Part shown: in pieces, positions 39,679 through 51,799 of the stretch
Layout: each line of letters starts with the position of its first letter
Position numbering within the stretch: position 1 is the first letter of the stretch
From: Octopus sinensis
Taxonomy: Eukaryota
Reading direction: 5' to 3'
NCBI RefSeq assembly: GCF_006345805.1
Contig: NW_021831851.1
Span: 1-64,000 of the forward strand
Length of the DNA stretch: 64,000 bases
The notes under the pieces: model-generated
Database searches by the model: none
What the model saw: the letters and a program-made list of their open reading frames with translations, nothing else
What the model was told of the DNA's origin: nothing
Made by a program: the position numbers and the translations under genes

Positions 39679-40868
39679 TGTAGTAGTTTTGGTGGTTTTG
39701 GTGGTGGCTCCGGGAGTGGGGGAAGTCAGAAAGAAACGGAAAAAAAAGAACGGATCATCGCAAGGGAGAGATGATGTGCCGTCTGCATGTCCCGAAGTTG
39801 TGCCACCCACGGTGGAAGAAACGACCCAACCCTTAAAGATGATGAATTAATTATATTTTTCTACAAGGGCGGGGAGGTGGAAAAATAGTAGAAGAACATA
39901 AAGAGACATTAGATATGCCTTCACACGGGGTCCCGAATGGCCTCCACAGATAGCTGTGGAGGTCTTAAGGTTTCCCTTGTGGGAAAGGCTTAAAGGATTT
40001 GGTGAGGAGTGTCGCATATGGCCGGGTGGCTCTTACACGATTTACATGTCCTACATGAGTGAGGCATGGGAAATGGCGGGATGCAGGAACTCAAGCGTAT
40101 TGAAGATAATGATGGATATATTGATGGATATATCGATGAGTAGGAGGTGAAAAAGCCTCGTTAGAAGGTTTGAAACCTCATCTTGTATTATTTGTAGTGG
40201 TTTATAAGCTCAATTGTGTTTTTTTTTTTTATAAAACATATTAAGTAAGAGGTTTTAGTGCCTCCTTCTTGTAAGAGGTTTGAAACCTCATATTTATTTT
40301 TAAAAAAAGAAAATATGTTTTCGAGAAAAATCCAATCGACGGGTGTTGGGTTTCGTCTCTTATTTATTCATTTTATTTCATTTTCATTCATTAATGTGTT
40401 TTTCTAGCCCGCAAAGCGACCCAATCTTTGTACTGTCTATATGGCAAATTTTATTAAATAAAGTAGCTTACTTACGAACCACATGGTTCCGGGTTCAGTC
40501 CCAGTGCGTGGCACCTTGTGGAAGTGTCTTCTACTATAGCCTCGGGCCTACAAAAGCCTTGTGAGTGGATTTGATAGACGGAAACTGAAATAAGCCCGTC
40601 GTATATATGTATGTATATATGTGTGTGTGTTAGTGTGTATGTATGCTTGTGTGTCTGTGTTTTCCCCCGCCCCAACATCGCTTGACAACCGATGCAGGTG
40701 TGTTTACGTCCCCGTAACTTAGCAGTTCGGGAAAAGAGAGACCGATAAAATAAGTACTAGGCTTACAAAGAATAAGTCCTGTGGTCGATTTGGTCGACTA
40801 AAGTCGTTGCTCCAGCATGGCCACAGTCAAATGACTGAAACAAGTAAAAGAGTAAAAGAGTAAAAAAG

Positions 40869-41297
40869 TATGGTAATTGATATACTTGTGTTAGTCTATG
40901 CGACTAAAATTGATGTTACTGGCCTCTCTTAGCTCAATTTTGTATAAATTATGTGTGGTCTAAAATGCCTTTGGCAATTATGAAATATTTTCTAGAGGAG
41001 AAGATAATTCTAATAAATCAAGACTTTATTTTGTATGGTATTTGATATACTTGTGTTAGTCTATGTAGCGAATATTGGTGTCGCTGGGCTCTCTTAGCTC
41101 AATTGACAAATAAATTATGTATGGTCTTAAATGCCTTTGGCAATTATGAATCACCTTCTAGAGGAGGAGATAATTTTAATAAATCAAGACTTTATTTTGT
41201 ACGGTATTTGATATACCTCTGTTAGTCTGTATGACTCCAACAGATGTGCAGCTGGTCACTCTGAGTAATTTCTCTTAACTCAATTTTGTATAAATTA
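40869..41297. repeat. Minisatellite, about 2.6 copies of a 165-bp unit
   Basis: Units start at 40869, 41034 and 41200 (ta.ggta.ttgatatac...). Confidence 0.85.
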
Positions 41298-41965
41298 CGC
41301 AAAGTACCTAGAGTTCATGCTTGCTTGAATACGGATCCAACAGCCCCTGCGGAGCACTGAATCTCTTTATCGAAAACAAGGGCGGAGACACCGAGTCCGA
41401 GTGATGACGACAGAGTGGATTCTGCCACAGACATCATGTGGCGAAGTTATTAAAACGATGCAGCCACACTGTGAACTTTACTAATGATCCATGTGCAATC
41501 ATATTTATATTTGTAACACGTAAATTAGCATATCTAACCTTACAGCAATGTGCATATCTCGCTTTGATGCACTGTGCAAATTCTGCATTGCATCAACACG
41601 CTTGTTTACTCTAGTATCGTTATGTGTATTAATATTACATTGTTATACGTGATTAGCATAGTAGTAGTGTGCACATCCAGCTTTGTGCATTAATGCAAAG
41701 CTTGGATTACTAAATTCAATATTTAGCATTGCAGTAACCTGAATATCTTGCGTTGCAGTTTCATTAATGTGCATATTTATTACTGCCGTATAATGCATCT
41801 CTAATTTTAGAGCCATGTGCATATCAAATCTTGAATTAATGCGTAAATTTAGACTTGTAGTAATGCAAATATTCATTCTTTAATTTGCATATTAAGACTT
41901 GCAGTAGTTCATATATTGAGACTCACGGTAATGTAATAATGTACTGCTGTAATACAAGGTGTGTA

Positions 41966-42665
41966 AGGCGGCGAGCTGGTAGAAACGTTAGCACGCCGGG
42001 CAAAATGCTTAGCGGTATTTCGTCTGAGTTCAAATTCCGCCGAGGTCGACTTTGCCTTTCATCCTTTCGGGGTCGATTAAATAAGTACCAGTTACGCACT
42101 GGGGTCGATGTAATCAACTTAATCCTTTTGCCTGCCCTTGTTTGTCCACTATGTGTTTAGCCCCTTGTGGGTGGTAGTAAAGAAATAGGTATTTCGCCTG
42201 CCGCTACGTTCTGAGTAGAAATTCCGCCGAGGTCGACTTTGCCTTTTAAAGGCGGCGAGCTAGCAGGATCGTTAGCACGCCGGGCGAAATGCTTTGTGGT
42301 ATTTCGTCCGCCGCTGCGTTCTGAGTTCAAATTCCGCGGAGATCGACTTTACCTTTCCTCCTTTCGGAATCGATAAATTAATTACCGGTGACGCACTGGA
42401 GTCGATTTAATCGACTTAGTCCGTTTGTCTGTCCTTGTCTGTCACCACTGTGTTTAACCCCTTGTTGGTAGTAAAGAAATAGGTATTTCGTCTGCCGTTA
42501 CGTTCTGAGTTCAAATTCCACCGAGGTCGACTTTGCCTTTCATCCTTTCGGGGTCGATAAATTAATTACTTGTTACGCACTGGGATCGATGTAATCGACT
42601 TAATCCCTTTGTCTGTCCTTGTCTGTCCCCTCTATGTTTAGCGCCTTGTGGGCAATAAAGAAATA
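41966..42665 (+). mobile_element. Head-to-tail array of SINE family C
   Basis: Repeated ggcggcgagctgg.agaa.cgttagc...gagttcaaattcc...gaggtcgactttgcctttcatcctttcggggtcgat...taaagaaata units. Confidence 0.9.
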
Positions 42666-43262
42666 AGAAACGCTAGCAAGCCGGTCGTAGGATCGCAGTT
42701 TCAATTCCCAGACCGGGCGGTGTGAATGTTCATTGAGCAAAGTGACCTAAAAAGCTCCACGAGGCTCCGGCAGGGTGTGTTGGTGAACCCTGCTGTACTC
42801 TTCCACCACAACATTCTCTCACTCTTTCTTCCTGTTTCTAAAGTACCTGTATTTTAAAGGGCAAGCCTTGTCACACCCTGTGTCACGCTGAATCGCCCCG
42901 AGAACTACATTAATGGTACACGTGTCTGTGGAGTGCTCAGTCACTTGCGGGTTAATTTCACGAGCAGGTTGTTCCTTTGATCGGATCAACTTGAACCCTC
43001 GTCGTCGTAAGGGACGGAGTGCCACGATGGTAGAGTCCGTACTCGACTAAAAGAAACATAAATCAATAATAAATAAATAAATAAAAAATTTTAATACTGA
43101 CGCAGGCATAGCTGTGGGATAAGAGGCTTGCTTCCCAACCACATTGTTCTAGGGTTAGTCCTACTGCCTGGCACAACGGGAAAGTATCTTCTGCTATAGC
43201 CTCGAGCCGACCAACGCCTTGTGAGTGGATTTGGTAGATGGAAACAGAAGGAAGCCCGTAGT

Positions 43263-43627
43263 CATCATCATCATTATTCGACCGTGGTCGAGACAATGGA
43301 ATTTACCATGCTACGCCAGACTTCACGGTCCATCACGGCATTACGGAGGTCCTGTTGGTGGATGCCTGTATCCCTGGAGATTACATCAGGGTAGGAGAGT
43401 GTTCGCCCTCTGGCATTGCGAGTAGATGGCTTCCAGAGGAGGAGAGTAGAAATTACCGCTTTTTCAGCTCTACAATAATGTCCAGTAAACTGGACTCTCC
43501 TACCTTTCACAAGAGATGAGACAGGTGGTAATTTCCCATATATTTGCATTTTGGTTGGATGGCGCTTCCACGAGAGATTTTGAGCTCTCATAAGGAGGCG
43601 AGTATAGGTTCCATCCAACCACCTCTC
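43263..43627 (-). mobile_element. 5'-truncated RTE-like LINE nested in a SINE
   Basis: ORF LDGTYTRLLMRAQNLSWKRHPT...RRVQFTGH...LLLWKP...DREVWRSMV; (ATG)n tail; 11-bp TSD aagcccgtagt at 43252-43262 and 43628-43638. Confidence 0.9.
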
Positions 43628-44026
43628 AAGCCCGTAGTACATATATATGTGTGTGTGTGTTTGTTTGTTTGTTTGTTTGTGTGTGTGTGTGTGTCTGTGT
43701 GTGTGTGTGTGTGTATGTGTGTGTGTGTGTGTGTGTGTTTGTGTTTGTCTCCCACCTCATTTGAAACTAGTGTTTACTTCCCCGTAACTTAACGAACTAG
43801 CGGCTCAGCAAACAACACCGATAGAATAAGTTACTGGTTTTTAAAAAAGTACTGGAGTCAATTTGTTCGAGTAAAACTGTTCAAGGTAGTGCCCCAGCAT
43901 GGCCACAGTACCATATTTGAAGCAAGTAAAAGATTAAGAATAAAACTTAGAAAATAACCTTGCCTAAACCTCGGAAAATAAATATAGGTATGTGGTTGAC
44001 CCCGACCAACAGACGCTTCCTAGATA

Positions 44027-44422
44027 TCTTTATATATAAAAGTGAGGTTGTGTATTGTCTGTCTCCTATGATTTAGATTCCTAACTACTCTCACATTTTG
44101 CGGTGCAGTTTAACCAAAACCGAGTATCTTATAGTCGTGATTCATATCGAGCCCTTCTGAGTATTAGCGCGCGTCTACGATGAGTCTACGATTTTAAAAA
44201 TAATTTACCATCAATTTTTCCTATTTTTAATGCATTTATGGCATATATAAGGGAAGTAACTCTCTAAAAATTTATCATTAAATCTCAGAACGTAAAAAGC
44301 TACAGTAACACCCCCCCTTTGTGGTTAGCCATATTGAGATGGCTATTATACTTTACATCTCTAAAAATGCTTATATAGTTATTTCCCTTACAAACTCGAG
44401 CAACGCCGGGCGATACAGCTAG
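44027..44422 (+). mobile_element. Non-autonomous Helitron-like element, related 3' end
   Basis: A|TCTTTATATATAAAA 5' end; 3' ctctaaaaatgct...cttacaaac.cgagcaacgccgggcgatac.gctag|T shared with 30802-31180. Confidence 0.75.
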
Positions 44423-44977
44423 TAGAAAAATAAGACATTGTCTGCGTCGGTCTGAAACCTAATGAACTGAATACGTATTGTCGTAGTGGTCGGTTTATTG
44501 AAAACAAAGCTAACCTTCATTATTTAAGTAATAATTAGATAGCATTTATATTTTGATCACGGATAATCTGACGATAGCGCTTTCGAAGAAACACCAACGA
44601 CAGCCAAGATTTCAACTGAAGCATTATTATACTATAAATGTAGACATTTTTTTTTTTCAAAAAAAAAATTATATTACAATAAAAGCTAATTACATTAGTG
44701 ACATAATTAAAATATAGATTCTTAAAAACGATATAATTAATTTTACGTAATGTTGTTACTATGAACATTAATCTACGGTTGTCAAATTTAAGCTACTAAT
44801 TAATAACAATTAGAAACGTGTATTAAATACAAAAGAATTAATCAATATTAATAAATCTCCATAAAATATTTCAAGATTACCTAATTATGTGAAAGTGTCA
44901 CATTATTTCACTTATATATACACTCACACATACACGCACGCATACACGCACACATATATGTATATATTCATACACAC

Positions 44978-45031
<54 letters not shown>

Positions 45032-45250
45032 TAATAAATATTAGGGAATAAATCCAAATTACAGGGAAAAATCAGATTTAGGATTGAATCCAATTTTATA
45101 GTAAAATATTATATTATATTAAATTAGAGACAAAACCACTATTATGCAAATCAAACAAAGAAAGACTTAAGCCAATACATAAATTAATTTATGTATTGGC
45201 TTAAGTCTTTCTTGTTTGATTTGCATAATAGTGGTTTTATCTCTAATTTG

Positions 45251-45298
<48 letters not shown>

Positions 45299-47710
45299 GC
45301 GTACATAATTGTAGATATGTTATATGAATGTGTATGTGCCTACACATATGCATGTATGTATGTGTGGGTGTACACGCGTATTTATGTGTGTGCGTGCATG
45401 TATGTATGTATATATATATGTATGTATGTATGTGTGTATGTATGTATGTATGTAAGTATGTATGGATGGATATGGATAGATAGACATAATACATATGCAT
45501 GTATGTATATATGTATGTGCATATATGTCTATATGTATCTCTCTCTCTCTCTCTCTCTCTCTCTTTATATAAATATATGTGTGTGAATGTGTGTGTGCTT
45601 GTGTGCATGCGTAGATGCGTTATATAAATGTGTATGTGTCTACACATATGCATCTATGTATGTGTGTGTGTGCGCGCGTATTTATGTGTGTGCGTGCATG
45701 TGTGTATGTATGTATGTATGTGTGTATGTATGTATGAATGTAAGTATGTATGGATGGATATAGATAGGTACACATACATACATATGTATATATGTATATA
45801 TGTGTGTGCATATATATCTATATGTATCTCTCTCTCTCTCTCTTTATATAAATATGTGAGTGAATGTGTGTGTGTGTGTGTGTTTGTGTGCGTGTGTGAG
45901 TATTGGATCCCATGGTCGAATTTTGAACTTCATTTTTAAAGTTTTCGTCAGCAGTAGGCTATGACAAAAATAAAAATAAAAATTAGAAGAAACTTAGCCA
46001 AGGTGTTGTATTCTAGAAACGAAACCCGAAACGTTTCATTGTGAAGCGACCGTTTTTATTCTTTCTTTCTTTTTCTACCAATCAGGTACCAGCCCGGTGT
46101 TTCAGGGTATACATCCTGGCCGACTTTGCCTTTCATCATTTCGGGGTCGATAAATTAAGTAACAGTTACGCACTGGGGTCGGTGTAATCGACTTAATCCC
46201 TTTGTCTGTCCTTGTTTGTCCCCTCTGCGTGTAGCTCCTTGTCGGCAGTAAAGAAATAAGTATACATCCTGGAATAAGAACAGAACTCACAAACTGCGTG
46301 CATCTCTTTTACTTGTTTCAGTCATCTTGACTGCGGCCATGCTGGAGCACCGCCTTTAGTCGAGCAAATCGACCCCGGGACTTATTCTTTTGTAAGCCCA
46401 ATGCTTATTCTATCGGTCTCTTTGCCGAACCGCTAGGTGACGGGGACGTAAACACACCAGCATCGGTTGTCAAACAATGCTAGGGGGGCAAACACAGACA
46501 CACAAACACACACACACACACATATATACATATATACGACAGGCTTCTTTCAGTTTCCGTCTACCAAATCCACTCACAAGGCACTTGCCCAAGATGCCAC
46601 GCAGTGGGACTGAACTCGGAACTATGTGGTTGGTTAGCAAGCTACTTACCACACAACCACTCCTGCGCCTTTTCTAAACGCAATATTCAAAGAAAGTATT
46701 ATTTAAACGTATGTGATAACCAATACAGCCCCAGATATCTTAACCTTAGAGGTTGAATGTCGAATAACATTTCAATAATTGCCGAAATGTTAATAGTAAC
46801 TTAACGTATCAAATTGCGAATATTTATTATCTTTCTTTTCCGTTGCCAGCGGAAAGTAATACGACGTTTTGATCGAGTGTCGTTATCTGGTCGTGTTGTT
46901 ATATAATTGACCAAAGTGGTTTTAATTTGTTATTGTTTGTTCCTTCTCGAGCCACGCCTGGCTCATACAGCCGGTTTCCCGGTTTCCTTGGCGTATAGGT
47001 TCTCCGTCGCAGGAAAGAGTGAGAGACAGTTGTGGCGAAAGAGTCAGCAGATGTTCGTCATTACCTTCTGCCGGAGCCGCGTGGAGCTTAGGTGTTTCGC
47101 TCATAAACACACACATCCCTCGACCACGAGTCCGCTTCTCGAACTACTAAGCCATTTCCGTCCTGGTTTTAATTTACTACGATTTAAATATCATGTAACA
47201 TCAATTTCGATTTCTTTATTTTTTTTTCGCATGTTTTACTCATTCAACAGCTGCCATGCCCGAAGGCTTACAGCCTAACAAGTCGACCTCTGTACTTTCC
47301 GTTTATTTTAAAGGTATGGTAGTTATTCTATCATCACCTCTGCCGAATCTCTAGTTTACAAACACATAAATAAATCAAACACACCAGTCTTCAATCAGTG
47401 CTGGTTGTGGTGGTGGGACTAACACAAACACAAATACTCGCACACATCTGTGTGCGTTTATATATATATATATAGATATATATACATACATACATACATT
47501 AATAATAGTAGGAATATAAAATTCCAAACTTACAGGGAAAAATTCAATTTTAGAATAATATTTATTATAATTTATTAAAATTTTTTCTATATGATTTGAT
47601 ATAGATAATATCTTTCACTATCAATTGGATTACTTAATAGAGGTTATTTCTCTTAATGATGTATATATATATATATACTTTATTTAAAGCAGCATAAAAT
47701 TCAACAAAAT

Positions 47711-47748
47711 CTGTTACTCTGAGTTTCTCGTTACCGTTCATCAGACAG
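47711..47748 (-). ncRNA. Minimal hammerhead, left arm of a palindrome
   Basis: Minus strand: CTGT-CTGATGA-ACG-GTAA-CGA-GAAAC-TCAGA-GTA-ACAG. Confidence 0.7.
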
Positions 47749-47774
47749 TTTTTGCTAGAAAAAACTAGCAAAAA

Positions 47775-47812
47775 CTGTCTGATGAACGGCAACGAGAAAC
47801 TCTGAGTAACAG
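47775..47812 (+). ncRNA. Minimal hammerhead, right arm of a palindrome
   Basis: CTGT-CTGATGA-ACG-GCAA-CGA-GAAAC-TCTGA-GTA-ACAG. Confidence 0.7.
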
Positions 47813-47915
47813 ATATTTTTGAATTGTCTGCTGCTTTAAATAAAGCATATTACTCTACCACTGGTATTTGAGTACTCTTTTTTTCCACCTTGTTTCACAT
47901 TTATGTGTTTACTCC

Positions 47916-47964
<49 letters not shown>

Positions 47965-48038
47965 GGGGGAGAGAGAGAGAGAAATCAGCGTAAAGTGTTT
48001 TGCTAGTGGAATGAGTTTTCATCACTAGTTTGTGATTA

Positions 48039-48085
48039 ACACACGATGAGGATGCGTAACCACCCAGAAACACGAGTCCGTGTGT
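48039..48085 (+). ncRNA. Degenerate hammerhead lacking CUG
   Basis: ACACACG-[CTG missing]ATGA-GGATGCGTAACCACCCA-GAAAC-ACGA-GTC-CGTGTGT; 7-bp stem I. Confidence 0.5.
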
Positions 48086-48245
48086 ATCACGTTAGGGTAG
48101 GGATGGGAGCGATGACCTCCCCTCGCAAATACTTATCAAACAAAGAATGTGTGTCTTTATCCAGCTGGAGGCGATGTCTTCTTGGGTCTATAAACGCCAG
48201 TAACACTGTCCTGTATAGGACGTCACACCTGGTTGTTATATGTTG

Positions 48246-48294
<49 letters not shown>

Positions 48295-48929
48295 ATATAT
48301 ACATACATACACACTGTACATTTAAACACAAGAGAAAACTGCCCTTGAAGGTAACTTTTAGACACACAAACACACATATATATATATACATATATATATG
48401 TATATATATATATATATATTATATATATATATTCTAGCATTAAAGACCCGTCGTTGCCGGGTCATAGTGCTAGTGCATGTATATATGTGTATATATATGA
48501 GTACATATTACATGTACATCTATATATATACATCTACACATAAAATACAAAATACAAAGTTAAAACTTGATATCGCTAGTGATAACAATACTCAAAATAT
48601 ATAACAGACTGGAATTGTTAGCTCGCACCAAGACACTTTTCGAAGGTGCTTTCCTCCATATGTTCAAATCTTCTTTTTTCTCTACATTGTATACTTTATA
48701 GACAATAGTCTTTTCTTTAATTTAATTTTTTATTATTCCATTTCTGCACGCTAATTTTATTTTTAATTTATTCCCATTCATGTGAAACCACTTGTTCAAG
48801 TCATTGATGCAATTTTATACCAATTGCTATTTTTACTTTTGTTATGTTACTTTAGTTTGATTTTTATTATTACTAACTACATATAATTCAATTGTTATCA
48901 TTATTTTTATTGTTAAAGTGAAAGTATCT

Positions 48930-49327
48930 GACATAAAATAGAGAAATGTTTTTGTTTCACTTTTAACACGTAATACTGAAATAGTGGAGAAGATATGATA
49001 TTGCTATGGGCTCGCTCTAGGCAAGAAGTTGAACATTTTTTTTTGCCCATGAAACTACATGGACCCTAAGTAAGGCATGTGTAAAATTTGAATGAAATTG
49101 GTTGTGTAGTTCTCAAGTTTTAGGGAATCGTAGTGGAGAAGATATAATATAGCTGTGGACTCGCCCTAGGCAAAAAGTTCAAAACATTTTTTTTTGCCGA
49201 TGACACTCCCCGGACCCTAAGTAAGGCATATGTCAAATTTGAATGAAATTGGTTGTGTTCTCAAGTTTTAGGGAAACACACAGACAGACAGGCAGACACA
49301 CATTCTCAGTTTTATATATATAAAGAT
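48930..49327 (-). mobile_element. Helitron-like 5' portion with two internal subrepeats of about 140 bp
   Basis: Minus strand starts tctttatatataaaactgag; two copies of tagtggagaagata...ggaccctaagtaaggcat...aaatttgaatgaaattggttgtgt. Confidence 0.55.
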
Positions 49328-49473
49328 ATATATATAGAGGGCATTATACATACATGCCAGAGGGCATTATACATACATGCCACACGCTAAGAGGGACAAT
49401 TAGTCATTTCTACCAAAAATATTACTAATCCCACCGAATGCAATTTTTCAAAGTAAGACATTTAAAAAATATA

Positions 49474-49519
49474 GACCTGTATCACAGTGATTTCATACTT
49501 ACGTATTCATCAGCAGGCC
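49474..49519 (-). ncRNA. Compact type I hammerhead ribozyme
   Basis: Minus strand: GGCCTG-CTGATGA-ATAC-GTAA-GTAT-GAAA-TCACTGTG-ATA-CAGGTC. GNRA-capped stem II, AUA triplet. Confidence 0.8.
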
Positions 49520-50419
49520 TGAATGTATCGTAAATAAACGACCCCGCCCCGCCTAAGCCGATCAGCTAACTGATCAACATCAGATATATAAAGATATATA
49601 TATGTCTGTATGTGTATATATCTATATGCATGTCTGTATGTATGCACGTTTGTGTATGTGTGTGTGTGTGCGTGCGTATGTATAACATACTTCCACAGAG
49701 CTTCCGTCTATCGTATTTACTGACAAACCGTTAATCTGAGTGGGGCTGCTGGGCTACAATTAGAGAACACTTACCCGATGTGCCGTGCCGTTTAACCGAA
49801 ACTAAAATCTCACGATTCCAAGCTGAGCTTTTCAACCGCATAGCCACGCCTGCGCCTACTTCAGAAACTCCACTTATCAGCTCGCTCAACATTTTGTTTT
49901 TTCTTTACTTTTTCCTCTCTTTGTCTTACGCTCTCTTTTTTCTTCTTTCTTTATTTCAATTGCGCTAAAAATACTAAAAGCTGAATATTAATTTCAAACA
50001 GCACATACAAGCAAGTATTCCCCTCACTAAAATGTATTTAAACTTCATTTTCTCAATGGTACTTTCCAACACTTTGTTTGTAATTCCTAATTCTTCGTTA
50101 TTTCTACATGCACACCTGCTACCATCTTTTATCAGATAATGCTATATCCAGGTGTGATTCCATATCAAAAATTTTCCGAATATGAGTAATCAAAGAAATC
50201 GTTATGCTTCTTTTTTTGAAAGCTTAGTATTTTCATGGGTAACAAAACAAACAGTATATTCTTTAAATCGTGCCAAGTATTCTGATATTGCAATCATAGA
50301 TTACACAAAAGCACAACACCATTTTAAGATAACGGAAGCACTTTTCAGAGTATATATAATATATATATATCATACATACACACTTAAAAATATATATACA
50401 TATATACACTCTCCAGAGT

Positions 50420-50461
<42 letters not shown>

Positions 50462-50653
50462 TACATACACACTTAAAAATATATATATACATATATACAC
50501 TCTCCAGAGTATATATATATATATAATATATACATACACACATAAATATATATATATATATATATATATACATACACACATAAAATATATATATATATAC
50601 ACATATGTATGTATACATATACAAATATATGTATATGTGTAGATATATGTTTG

Positions 50654-50718
<65 letters not shown>

Positions 50719-51745
50719 GCTTCTGTATGTGAGTGTACCTGTGTATGTATTCATGTATATATGTAGGTTTGTACTATGTATGTATGTATATATGTATGTA
50801 TGTATATATGTATGTATGTATGCATGCATGCATGCATGCATGCATGTATGTATGTATGTATGTATGTATGTATGTATGTATGCATGCATGCATGTATGTA
50901 TGTATGTATGTATGTATGTATGTATGTATGTATGTATGTATGTATGTATGCATGCATGCATGCATGCATGCATGTATGTATGTATGTATGTATGCATGTA
51001 TGTATGTAGGTTTGTACTATGTATGTATGTATGTATATGTATGTATGTAGGTAGGTAGGTAGGTAGGTAGGTAGGTAGGTAGGTAGGTACGTATGTATAT
51101 TTATTGAACACGGTGAGCTGGCAGAATAGTTAGTGCGTCGGAAAAAATGCTTTGCGGTATCTTCCCACATATTGAAATTCTGAATTCTAATCCTACTCAG
51201 CTCCATTTTGACATTTATCCCTTCCAGGGTCATTAAAATTAAGTACCTCTCAATTAATGGAGTTTTTGGTCTTATGCCTACATTAGAAAGAAGTGGAAAT
51301 TCTACTTCAACGAGTAATACAGAGCCGGTGGTGGGTAAGAGCGATGATGTATTTCTAGTTGGACATATGCATAAATGTGGCAGGTATGCTTATATAAATG
51401 TTCACTAACTTTATCTGTAGAGACGCACACGTTTCCGTAAATGTGTAGTTTCGTATATCCGCAAGGTAAGAAATGTCTGTATCTATGCATACATCGTATC
51501 TCTCTCCCTGTCTCTCTCCCTCTCTCTCTCACTCTCCTCCCTCTTTCTCCCTTCTCTCTCTCCCTCCTCTCTCTTTCTCACGCACATATACACACATACA
51601 CACATACACACACAAACTTTCTTTTTTATCTTTAAATCTATGTGTGTGCTTATGTATACAAATATATATATATATGTGCGCGCGTGTGTGTGTACCTTTA
51701 TGAGTATACACATACCCACACACGCACACACACGTACACACACAT

Positions 51746-51799
<54 letters not shown>

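Noticed and set aside
40869-41297. Regularly spaced repeats as a CRISPR-like array
   Set aside because: Whole 165-bp units repeat with no unique spacers; eukaryotic context and no cas genes.
44560-44600. CTGACGA...GAAAC on the plus strand
   Set aside because: No stem II or III pairing and no UH triplet.
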